Assembly (NCBI GenBank): GCA_010093705.1
Contig: MU006098.1
Coordinates: 169,981-233,980 of the forward strand
Length of the DNA: 64,000 nucleotides
Source: Patellaria atrata CBS 101060
Lineage: Eukaryota
Direction of reading: 5' to 3'
Positions 39,676 to 51,128 of this stretch are shown piece after piece (position 1 is the stretch's first letter; the number at the start of each line of letters is the position of its first letter). A program made the position numbers and the translations under genes. The notes below the pieces were generated by a model. The model made no database searches. It was not told the origin of the DNA and was given only the letters and a program-made list of their open reading frames with translations.

Positions 39676-40403
39676 TGACTATCTACTAACGACTAGACAT
39701 GACATACGAGTTACGATAATAGACTCAGGACTCAATACTAGCAGGATATACTACATTGGTCGAGGATTGCAAGTCACAATTACGGCATCTGATTTTCTGT
39801 AACAAAACTTCCTTTTCCCTTGATCATCATGGCATCTGGTTTTCTGTAAAAAGCGGTTTTCCTTTTTCCTTACAATATACCCATAGCCCGGTTACCCGGG
39901 GGGAGGGGGGGGGCGTCTGGTAGGGCATCTTGACTTCACTGATCTGCATTGCTCAAGGTGTATGAGCGATTCGGTAACCCCAATAGCGTGGCGACATTAT
40001 CTGAAATGGAATGGCCTTTTGGCTTGTTTGCGTTGTAATTTTATAGAATAAGGTAGCTTGCAATCCTCAGCCATATAAACACATTCTACGGTTCCTTTGA
40101 AGTGATGGTGTCTGGATGAATGCTCAAATAAGATATGATCAGAACTAGTACTCAGTATCCGTACAGGTCTAACGTTCAGATTGTGTTTTGGGCCCATAGG
40201 GTACTGTACAATTCCCCTTACAGATGCAACGCCATACCTTCCAACCTATAAGTTCAATACTCAAAATCAACATCGTGGTAGGGGATATTTTATACACGAC
40301 CTGTCTGCATTCCAAGGCCACCGAACGTATTAGCATGCCGATGAAAAAGTTCAATTGATATGATACTTATGATATTCAAGGTAATAACCTTACTATCTTA
40401 CTC

Positions 40404-42100
40404 TTTTTTTTTTTTATTAAAATCCATTGCATTGCATTATCTACAATACTGCGCATGCAGCCTCTAGGGCTATGGCGCTACTCTTCTATTCACATAAATC
40501 CCTATCCTAGGGCAATAATATGTCTAGTGAGAGTGTCTGAGGAGTGAAACTCTCCAGTTGTCCAAACTTTGCAGTCTAAGTCAAGCTTTTAGAAAAAGTG
40601 AACCAACTCCACTGTATCCTTTGCTCCTCAATTCCTGCATTATATTTCAATCTAGTTTTCCCCTATATGCTATCATTTTTAATACGTTTCTTGTTCTTCT
40701 TCATTTATTTCTCTTGTATGTAGAAGCCATTTAGCTGTTGAAATCTGTGTATTATGTAGGTATTGGAAGAGTACTTCTTTCCCCTTCTCTGTACAAAAGA
40801 GCTTTGTTAATGTCATTCTTGACTTTAGCTGCTTCTCCATGATTTTTGCGTTCCTTGGAGTAATGATTGCAGTGAAGAACCAGGTGCCTTGGGCTCTGGA
40901 TACACTTGCAGTCTCCAAAACATTTCCCTTTAATATCCTTTCCAATTCTCTTGGAGTATGATTTGAAGAAGCCTGCTCCACTCTTTAGCTGAAAGAATGC
41001 TGCTTGAGTCCTTTTTGGATATTTTGGCATCGATGATTTGGTTGAGAATGAGATTGCTGCTCTGTAAACTTGGGTGTAGTGCTTCCCTTGTCTTTTAGGA
41101 TTTGTTTCCCATTGCCTTTTCCAACCTGTTATGATCTTTTCTCTGCTTATACGTTTGAGATGGCTTAATGAGGTGAATGATGCTTGTACAGATTTCCTTG
41201 CCAGTCCAAGTTTGGCCAGTTTGTCTGCCAGCTCATTGCCAAAGATGCCTTTGTGGCTTGGAACCCAGCTGAAATTGACATTCATGCCCTATTCTGTTGT
41301 CAGGATATCATACTGATTGCTTATCAGTGTAACCAATTCTTGTCCTCCTTCAAAGCAGTTCTTCTGGAGTCTTTTGATTGCTGCTTGGCTATCAATAAAG
41401 ATCCAAACTATTTTGGAAGTTGATTGTCCCTTTTCTTGTTCTTTTCTTTCCCTTTCCATTGCCTTGAGCACTGCAAAAAGCTCTGCATCCATGATCTCAA
41501 TGCTGTCTCCTAGGTTCCAGTTGCTGGCAAATAGAATTGAGTTATTTTTGCCTGTTTTACAAGCTCCGGCTGCACTTTTGTTGTCGCCTTTTGATCCATC
41601 TGTGTAATATACACTGGTCTTTCCTTCCTTCAAATCTGGCGCCAGACACTTGAGTAGCTGATTGTGCTCCTTAGCAGCCTTCTCTTTGTCCTCATTAGAG
41701 ATATGTATGTTTGCCTGCATTCTGTCCTTCCAGGGTGGTGTGTATTGTGCTGTCATTTTCTCAATCTTCCAATTTCTGATGAGTGTTTGGTTCCTGGCTA
41801 TAAGCTTCATCAGTTGACTTTTGGGATTGGTAATATACTTTATTACTGAGTTCTCCATCTCTAACTCATACCCTAAGCATGGCTCTGGGATATTTCTATC
41901 ACATTCTTGTCTAATCATCTTCTTAACCAGATGATTCTTCTGGAACTTCAGAATTCTGATTACGTAGGAGTTGCAGAGTTTCTCAAATCTGATAGCTGGA
42001 GGAGGTAGGGCTGCTTCAATCTCCATGGCCAAGCTTGGATATGTCTTAAATGCCCCTAGAATGAGGCGTGTCGCTTTATTTTGCAGCTGTTGGTATTTCC
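40404..42100 (-). mobile_element. 5'-truncated non-LTR retrotransposon (Tad1-like LINE): post-RT linker, RNase H, C-terminal Cys/His region, 3'UTR and poly(A); inactivated
   Basis: 'LQNKATRLILGAFKTYPSLAMEIEAALPPP', RNase H 'YYTDGS..MDAELFAV..IFIDSQAAI..WVPSHKGIFGNELADKLAK', and 'C..C.C..SPRHLVLHC'. In-frame TAG at 41289-41291, frameshift near 40845, AATAAA/poly(A) at 40404-40420 on the minus strand. Confidence 0.9.
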
Positions 42101-42116
42101 CTACTTGTAGACCATT

Positions 42117-42982
42117 TCATAGCCTTGATGGGATGGTTCCCGTTGACGATTGGGAGCCTTTGGCCTTTAGAAAATAACCTACCACCCTTCCCGTGTGGGT
42201 AACCGCTACGTACCCCGCTTCGGCATCATTTTTACAGTTCCATACTCGAGTATCTTCGTGAAGGGTCCTATGGAGTCTTAAGTCTACCACTCCATGCTCA
42301 TTTGGCGTAAAGTTAAGGGCCCTCACGATGACCGCGTCTATAAATGGCTTCCTCGATGTTTTATCTAGCTCATCGAACCACTCTTGATCTGGTGGTGCCT
42401 GTTCGCTATATGCGTTGTTGTAGTGGTTTTCTGTATGGTCCTACGAAGTCTTAACTCGACCATTCTGTACTCTTTTGGCGTAAACCCAAGTGCCTTAACG
42501 AAAAGAGTATCTATAAACAATTGCCTTGATATTATTATCCCGTCGAACCGCCCTGGACCGATGGTTCCTGTCCACCATATGGTTCATTGTACAGGTCCTC
42601 TATATGGACTTAATTTGATCATCCTGTACTCTTTTGGCGTAAAAACCGAGGGCCTTGGAGGAAATAGTATCTATTTATGATTTACTTGATGTTCTTATAT
42701 CATCGAACTATTCCGGTCCGCGGTTCATATCCACTATATGGTTCATTGTGCAGGTTCTCTGTATGGGCTTGATTTAATTATCCTGTACTCTTTTGGCGTA
42801 AAGCCAAGGGCCCTTACGATAACTACGTCTGTGAAGGATTTCCTAGCCGTCGTAGCCAGCTCATCGAAGCACTCTTGGCCCGGGGGGTCCTGTCCGCCAA
42901 ATGCTTGGTTATCGAGGTCTTCGGTATGCGGATTGATATAGTGATTCACATTATCAAGATTGTCTTCTTGATACTGCGCCAT
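42117..42982 (-). pseudogene. Disrupted gene made of four degenerate tandem copies of a ~159-bp (~53-aa) module
   Basis: Anchor TTTGGCGTAAA at 42301, 42474, 42633 and 42792 (spacings 173, 159, 159). Copies translate as e.g. 'HTEDLDNQAFGGQDPPGQECFDELATTARKSFTDVVIVRALGFTPKEY' and 'HTENHYNNAYSEQAPPDQEWFDELDKTSRKPFIDAVIVRALNFTPNEH', with frameshifts between them. Confidence 0.65.
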
Positions 42983-43469
42983 TGTGTGATAGGAACTATT
43001 ATGGGATTAGTGGGTGTGTAGAGGGTATATATTGTTTTACTGATTGTGATATAGGGGGGAAGTGCGTAAAGGAAAAAACTAGTGGAATCTAAGGATTGAT
43101 GCCCTGATGACTATTGCGCGGTTAGTAGACGTGTATGGGATAGACTTGCTCACTTACTGTTATTGCGGAATTCTGTAACTGATCTTTGAACTTTGAACCT
43201 TTGCTCGAGAAGTAGGATTGATGAAATTGATGAGTGGGATTTTTTGCGCAGATTTCTACGATGTGAAAGTGTGTGTAATGGAATTGTGTATCGATCGTTG
43301 TGGTGCAACAATTGTTTTTATGTTATGACGTGATGATGAAAGACAAGGAGACGCGATATTAGTGAATGTAGAATAATTGTTTTGACTTAGTCGTGGGTGA
43401 GATTAAACTCTACTATGTGATATCCCACCGAGATTTGATATATCATAACTAAATACTTCCTGGACTGAC

Positions 43470-46186
43470 TCAACCTAAATATTGCTCCTTGACCCTTCTC
43501 AAGGCCTTGAGATCCGACTGATTTTCTGGATTAAAATCATACGGGCCGCTCTCCCTCATCGAAAATATTGAATTCTCTTGTCTGTGTATGGGAATTGCCA
43601 TCCACCACTCCCTCATAAGGGATATACGAAGAACAACCGCAGTGGCATCCCGCTCTTCTCCTTGTCCCCTTTCGCAACTACTCACTAGCTCCGTGATTTG
43701 ATCTCGATATTCGTAGAAATAAGTCCACCATGATATCTTTTAATTGTTCTCTTTCGTCGAAGGAGGAGGTGTCAGTGTCAAAAACAAGCAAATAAGAGAT
43801 GTTAATCTCATAGGCGAAAAAGTACGAGTCACACGCCTCCTGAAAAATACGCTACCGCAACCTGAAAGCGTCTTCTGGTCATGCTGCCTTCCCACTTCGA
43901 CATGCTTCGGGCTCGGAAATATTTCGCTGATGTTTCTTATGGGTCCAGCGGGCTGAGGGAAAATTGGTGAATGGGGATCGTGAGGTAGGCCAGTCCGTTC
44001 CGTCCGTTGCATTGTGCGAAAGGAACTCGCATAAGTGAACACGACATTAATTTTTAGTATTGTGCTCGTAGGTTATAAAGGTACAGTAAAGTCAGCCTTT
44101 TCGTAAAGTACTGGAGGCTCCTTCCCCGTATGGTAAATTGTACCCTATGGTCCTAAGACCTAATCTGAATGTTAGACCCGTACGGTCACAGTGTACCAGT
44201 ATTCTATATTTCAGCATCCAACTAGACACCAAGCCTTTGATGTTGGGGCGGGTGGCGCTATGACCATTGATATTGATATAGCTCGATCGCGGACAGGGCA
44301 TGATCTGGTCTTTAAATCCCTTCTATACAAGCGATACGCGGGTACAGACATGGTAGGTGGAAGGCGACGAGGCTCGCCCGTTGGTATAGTCTTCCCATAA
44401 TCATTGATCTGAGGTAAGAGGCCGGCTATAAGTTTATTTATTGGAGTTTCTTCATCGCAGTATGAATTGAGAGAAACATTATACCAACCGAAAAAGCGGG
44501 AGAATATTCCTTCCGCGAGAGGAATGTATATAGGGTCGATAGAATCTTGCTCTTTATATTATCACTGAAGTTGGAAACTAACGATGACCGGAGACGTTCC
44601 ATAGTAAAGTATGGTAAGTACATCCCTGATGTTTTCTGCTGTAGATTATGATCTTTTACCGTTACCTCCAATTGACGTTTTACCCTACTTGAAAGACTAC
44701 CTTTTTAAAAGGTTGAGCCAATCTAAAGCTCCATTTCATCTTTTTGGTTAAGGTAAAATATAGCATAGGTCCCCCATAGATTAGTTAAGGGCGAAGTGGT
44801 AGGTAGCTAAGTTGACAAAATCTAAGATTGTAAGTCTACGTTCGGTTGAAAGTAGATTGATAATTGATGACGGGATGGTTGCCATAAAATTCGAAAAATA
44901 TCGTCGACATTACGATCTTTTAATATCCCACACACACTACTGGAAGACTGCGTACAGACACGGAATGTCTGTAAAAGCGCAGTTTTTAACCTCTACACGC
45001 CTATAGAATCCTTAAGTGAAGATTGTACAGATTTGCAGATAGCGGATGAATGATCTCGATCCATCCTGGGAATAAATATACCAGTTGAAGGGAACGACGG
45101 GATCTTTTTTCTCTTGAGACTCTCCGGAATTACAACTGTTTTTGATATACCATGAAAGTTATATTCGACAAAATGAAGGGTCGGTTCTGATAATGAGATG
45201 GCGGGCAACTGTGGATCTGTATCGGCGGTAACGGGAGGTAACGACACTGTATCATTCGCCGTTTCGTCATTGTTTTTCATTGGACCTGGCGGTGATCGTA
45301 TGGAGATCTTCAATAGTTGAGCTCCAGTTACTGTTTGAATCTAGGTCAGTGATGGAAATATAAAAGTATTGTAATATATAATTTACTATAAAATCTTCTA
45401 CGCTTCTGTGTATACAAAGGAAGGAGCGCAACGGGAGATGGTCACTTGAAATGTGATTCAAATGATGGTTTCAGTATATCCTGTGGTTCTGGAGACGAAA
45501 TAGGTTCGAAAGTACGTTGAGAGCGTGAACGTGGTGTGGAACGTGAAAGCCAACGGAGAGGAGATTCCGACCGAAGTGGGTGAAGCAAAGAGGTCCTTAA
45601 GGGAGGACGTGAGGATGGGCGTATGGGTGAGTGTAATGGGGAACGGGAACGTTTTCTGGGCCGGAATTGTGGGCTAGTGTATACTGAAGAGCTCGAGGGT
45701 TGACAAGGGGACGAAGTTCTAGTCGGACGTGGGAGAGAATATAACAGCGAACGAGACCGTTCTCCGTGTCGGGGTTGTGGGTTGATGTTTCCTAAAGAAC
45801 TCGAGAGTCGGTAAGAGGACGAACATGATTGTGAATGAGACTGTCTCCTGTGTCCGGGTTGCGCGACTATGTCTCCTGGAGAGCGTAAGGGTTGGTAAGA
45901 AGGCGGACGTGACATCTAACGTGATAGAGAGCGAGGGAGAGAACATAACAGCGAACGGGACCGTCTTCTATATTGGGGTTGTGCGTTGATGTCTCTTGAG
46001 GAGTCCAAGGGTCGGTATGATGGCGAACCTGATAGCAAACGTGGTCGCTGGCGTCCCAGTCGTTCATAACGTGGCGAAGAGCCTAGACGTTCCATACCTA
46101 TTTCCTGTTTAGCTTGTGTGTTTATACTTCTGATAACTGGGACTTACCTTGCCCTTCCTGAAACGGAGATGAGATAGTAAGGCTAC

Positions 46187-46262
<76 letters not shown>

Positions 46263-46540
46263 GTCGTCGTCGTCGTCGTCGTCGTCGTAAGTTTCAGTTA
46301 TGTCTAAAGTCTGTGATCTTTGTGGAACCTGCGGGGTCTGCTGAATCTGTGATGTCTGTAGAGTACGTGGGATATGCTGAATCCTTGGGGCCTACAGAAT
46401 CTGTAGAGTTTGTGGAGCCTGATGATTCTGCGTGTTCTGTGTTGTCTGACTGCAGGGTACATTCTGTGGATCTAGTGGACGTCACGGCCGGACGACACAA
46501 AACTCAGTGTTGAATGGGAGGTTCTTGCTCCTTGCCATTG
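43470..46540 (-). pseudogene. Large decayed multi-exon gene of unknown family (poly-Asp tract, Ser/Arg/Pro-rich internal repeats)
   Basis: Co-oriented ORF fragments 46294-46500, 45442-45915, 44993-45313, 44438-44671 and 43470-43685. Donor GTAAGT at 46147 follows 'D33-GSLTISSPFQEGQ'. In-frame TAG at 45916-45918 interrupts repeats 'SYRPLDSSRDINAQPQYRRRSRSLLCSLPR' and 'SYRLSSSLGNINPQPRHGERSRSLLYSLPR'. Confidence 0.45.
46187..46288. repeat. Compound microsatellite (CAT)25(CGT)9
   Basis: Read directly from the sequence; encodes 33 consecutive Asp in one minus-strand frame. Confidence 0.95.
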
Positions 46541-47824
46541 TCAGGTGTGGTAAGGTAAATATGGTAGACAGCGACTAGGTAAAGTATGGTATGACTGAAA
46601 GAAAGGTGACAAACGTGAATACGGATAGAAATCTGAACGAAGATAGAGAAATGTATACTAGAGTTGGAAGGTGCTATCCCTACTTTAGAGTTTTCCACCT
46701 TCCTCCTCTTTTATAAGTGACCACGATTGAAAGCATACGCCATATATAAAATATGCTTTCCCACTATTGGAATGAAAAGTATAATTTCACATAGTTAATG
46801 GATCATGCCGCGTAGTTGCATGTAAAGTATAGTATATCCCAGATCGAGATAAGGATACTATATTCTTACTCCCTCTAGGGTATGATGTTATATGTAGACT
46901 CCAAGTTTATGATAGAACCTATGCATCATATACTACGAAAGTACGGTTGATAATCTAAGTTGAATACCCCGTACCCCATATGAATAACTGAAATATTGTA
47001 AGAGTTTGGATTTGCGATACTTCGGTAGTTTACCAGTCTACCATGCAGTCAATTGTATCATTTCGAAACCTAAAGATGTTGTCATTGCCTAAGGGTTTAA
47101 TCATCCATAGATACCACAATAGTATCTTATTCCAATCGGTACAAATCGTGGGAAGAAGTCGCTTAATTTTTGAAGTGCAGAAATCCCTACTACTATTCAT
47201 CTGTAGCTGAAAACAACCTTTTACTTTCAACATCACGTAAAATTAACGTGATTTTCAGAATCAATGAAACGAGGCGAAACGAATGGTACCAATTTCGAGT
47301 CAGCTAAATAAAGGAGTGATGAAGATAAAACGAAAAAAAAGTTGAGCTCTCGAAAGCTTTTGAGTGTTAGATACGGCGTTGACATTGTACAGTGCTGGTA
47401 GTCCATTTTTCAGTCTGACTGAGTACATATAGCGGAACCGATGACCATTTTCAGACCGAGCATACAGTACTGTAAGCTAGCAGTCTTCTGGCCAGTAAAG
47501 GGATACTATACGTAGAATACGCACGTAAGGTAAGCGGGCGCACTATAGACGAACCTATCTCATTATACATATCTTTTACGGGCATATGTCCGTACCCATC
47601 CGTCCTCTCCTTCCACGTAGGTATATACGGCGAAGGAAGTAGGGTTACCAGGCTCAAATTGTCTGATTGACGACAAAATAAGACTTTTCCCCTCCTCGGC
47701 CACTCGAACCACTTGTCGACGTCAGGGCACCCCGTCCAGAGAAAGCAACCGTGGGAACTTTTCGAACCTAAGCAACGTTACGTGTATACGTTTCTAGGCG
47801 AGGTCAAGAGCTCCGCTTGGTGCG

Positions 47825-49051
47825 GCCAAGGGCGGCGGTTTTGATTGAAAGGGTGCTTACGGGGAGAAGGGGAAGGGCTGACGAGCTGGTGTTGTCCACT
47901 TGGCTGTTCCGCTTCTTGGAAGGCGATTGGCAAAGAACGGAGAGTTCGGGAGTCATGGCGGTCAGCAGGACAAGAGCGATTTTATGTTCCTTGTTGACCA
48001 TCTAACATCTTGTTATTTAGCCCTTTCAGGGGTGTTGAGAGAACACCACTCGGCGCTTCTGAGGTGTGTTCCACTACTGTTCGGTATGGTGCTCGAATGC
48101 TGGTCCCCGAAGTGTTTGGTGATACGGTTTTGATAAGTCTAGTTTGCCCAATATGTACGTTTTTTTTTTTGGGAGATTGATGGGTATCGGTTTTCAACAT
48201 ACCCAGTTTTTCTTGCAATATTTTTTATTTTGACTGATTAGAGCATACGATCAATAATAACAATGGAAGTCTATACCTCATGATATCTATCCACAATACT
48301 GCGTGCTGTAACTCTAGACGACACTTTGCTCAAATGCCCCGCGCGGTGACCTAATTGAACCGGAGACTCAGGGCTATATGGCGCATAAATGCCAAGTTTT
48401 GGGCTTTTTATTAATTTTCCTTACAGCGTAAAACATAGCGAAATTTGCGTGGAACGATGAGCTAAATCGGGGCTGTGCTGTTAAACTTAGGGTAAACTTA
48501 GAGTAATATAAACATGGTTTTATTCTCAATACTTGTCTAACTAATACTCGTGGGATTAGATTACACTTGGCTTTGAACTAACACGTGGCTAAGCCCTGGT
48601 GGCCCGCCTGTGGAGCGGTTGTACTTTATCAAATTGGCTTAGTAAGATTAAAAACTTTGCATTACCTCTGTGAATCTACACCTCTAAATCTGTATAAACC
48701 GAAAAGGAGTTAAAGCTTCCTGAATCAAAATTGCTTTAGTTCTTCTTGGCGTACATTTGAATTTCTTGATTTCTTGTGCTTCTTGGAATCCAGCGGACAT
48801 TAATACCCAAGATTTTCCATTTCCCACATTTCCACCCCCTCCGTCGCCTGAGGCCTCTCACTACTGCATCTCGCCCTTCATCCCTTCGTTCCTTCCTTCT
48901 TTCATGAAAACGCTCCTGCCCTCTTCATCACCTGAACGCGACCTGATTTAGAGACATCGCGACCATTTCAACTAAGTGTCCTGAAACTTTAATTTCACCA
49001 AAGTGAGAGACTGAAATTGCTACATTGTCGGAAAACGTTTGGGTCGCCAAG
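47825..49051. promoter_or_regulatory. Cluster of PacC consensus sites (GCCARG) upstream of pacC
   Basis: GCCAAG at 47825, 48391 and 49046; CTTGGC at 47899, 48566 and 48745. Confidence 0.65.
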
Positions 49052-49099
49052 ACGCAAAATTTCCAAGCAATTCCACTTTCTAACTACCCATCTTCAGGC

Positions 49100-51128
49100 A
49101 TGAGTGAGACTCAGACACCCCAAACGGTCGCTGGCCAAGCTGCACCTCAACAGCAGCAGCAGCAACAGCAACAGCAGCAACCTGCGCCCTCTACTGCGCA
49201 GCAGGTTCAGTCGCCCGTTCTCCAGCAGGGTGGCACTCCTCTCGCGACCGCAGATCAACTCACGTGTCAATGGCAGAACTGTGGTGAGCGATGCGCTACA
49301 CCGGAGCAACTTTATGTAGGTATTTGGCTTTTCGTCGAGCAGTAACGCGTCTTAAACGGCGGCTAATCGCTGCTGTTGTAGGATCATGTGTGCGAGCGAC
49401 ATGTTGGTCGTAAAAGCACCAATAATCTAAACTTGACCTGTCAATGGGGCAATTGCCGTACTACCACAGTCAAGCGTGATCATATCACTTCTCATATCCG
49501 TGTCCATGTTCCGCTCAAGCCGCACAAATGCGACTTTTGTGGAAAGGCATTCAAGCGTCCACAGGATCTCAAGAAGCATGTAAAGACTCACGCTGATGAC
49601 TCTGTTCTACTTCGTTCTCCTGAGCCAAACCGCACTCAACATGGTCAAGGAGGTTATCAACAAAACAATGGAAAACGTAAGTCTCTCCAATTCTCGCAAC
49701 CCCATTACGGTCAACGCAGTCGATTCTTTTTTTCCTTTTTGACTTATGACCTGACTTATTACAATAGTGGTCGCTGACTTGCAGGCTCTTGCTGCTACAG
49801 CCAGTGGATACTATCCAGATAGCGGCATGGGCGGGCCGAACCCACCTTATGGACAGCACCAGATGGGAGGTAACGGTGGTCCCTTCTATGGTGGCCAACA
49901 GCAGTCCTCTGCCTATGGTCCAGTCTACTATGCGGTAAATCAACCCAATAGCTTGGGGAACGAGTACGAGATCCGTAAACGAGCTGCTTATGATGCCTTG
50001 AGCGAATTCTTTGGAGACATCAAGAATCGCCGTATCGACCCTACTACCTATTATGATGTCGGCCAACGTCTCGCCGCCTTGCAAGGAGTCTCTCTTCCCA
50101 TCGGAGGATCAGGTTATGGTGGCGGTGCTATGCCAGAGTACCAGCCTGCTCCACAACTTGTTTCTCCAGGTGGTCATCATGGTCCAACTCACCAGTACTC
50201 TCTTCCCTTGCCGAATCTGAGGACCAAGAATGACTTACTCAACATTGATCAGTTCCTCGAGCAGTTACAAGCAACTGTGTATGAGAATTCAAGCCACGCT
50301 GCCGCTGCAGGCGTTGCTCAACCTGGCTCTCACTACGTACCCACTGCTGGAAGTGTTAACTTCAGGACTAGCCATTCACCCCCTGGTGCTCACGGCTCCC
50401 ATCATCCTCAGAGCTCTCATGCAACATCTGTAGCAGCTATGACTGCTCCTGCTACTGATACTCCTGCCTTGACCCCTGCATCTAGCGTTCTATCGTACAC
50501 CTCTGGACAATCGCCTAGCTCTGTACAATCCCAGAACACTATTTCGCCCGTCTCCCGCTCTATCGGTGGTAACAGCATGTACCCAACCCTACCTTCAGTA
50601 ACTGCTATGTCGGATATGTCAAGCAACTATACATCAACAAGTGGTGCTCCATCCTCTGGTCTCGCCAGCTCTTTTGATCCGGATGGTCGTCGTCGCTACT
50701 CCGGTGGACTACTCCAGAAAGCAAACTCCAGCGGCCGCGAAGACCGAATGGATGTCGATGACAACAGCTCTTCTCAATCCCGTCGTAGCTCCGCAGACCA
50801 GAATGGCATCCGCAGGGACGTTAACCGTCTTGCGCTCGCTTCTCCATCCGCGTTGGATCCATCATTGCGCTCACCAAAGTCGGAAACATCGGCGGAGAGA
50901 CTCGATGATAAGGATCAGGAGCACTGGGTCGAGAATATCCGTATGATTGAGACTCTCCGGACCTTCATCAAGGGCCGCCTCGAGCACGGCGAATATGATC
51001 ACGATAGCCATGAGGATGTCAAGCGCGAGACCAACGACAGACGGGTGATGCACGATGAGGAGCAAAGCCTCTATCCGGTGCTGAGGGCTGCGCTAGATCA
51101 CGATGAAGCTGCTAGGTATAGGGACTAG
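49100..51128 (+). CDS. pacC: pH-response C2H2 transcription factor PacC/Rim101
   Basis: Three zinc fingers '[73 protein letters not shown]'. YPxL PalA-binding motifs (YPTL, YPVL) flank the signalling-protease box '[19 protein letters not shown]'. Introns 49316-49381 and 49677-49767. Confidence 0.97.

Noticed and set aside
39897..39914. G-run downstream of GRR1 as a G-quadruplex element
   Set aside because: A short homopolymer-like tract in a 3' flank, with no other support.
42260..42940. CRISPR-like repeat-spacer array
   Set aside because: Eukaryotic context, no cas genes, and the sequence between the anchors is also homologous, so it is a tandem duplication.
45916..45918. TAG as an A-to-I-edited 'restorable' premature stop
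   Set aside because: The locus has other stops and frameshifts, and nothing indicates a conserved Trp here. Ordinary decay is the simpler explanation.
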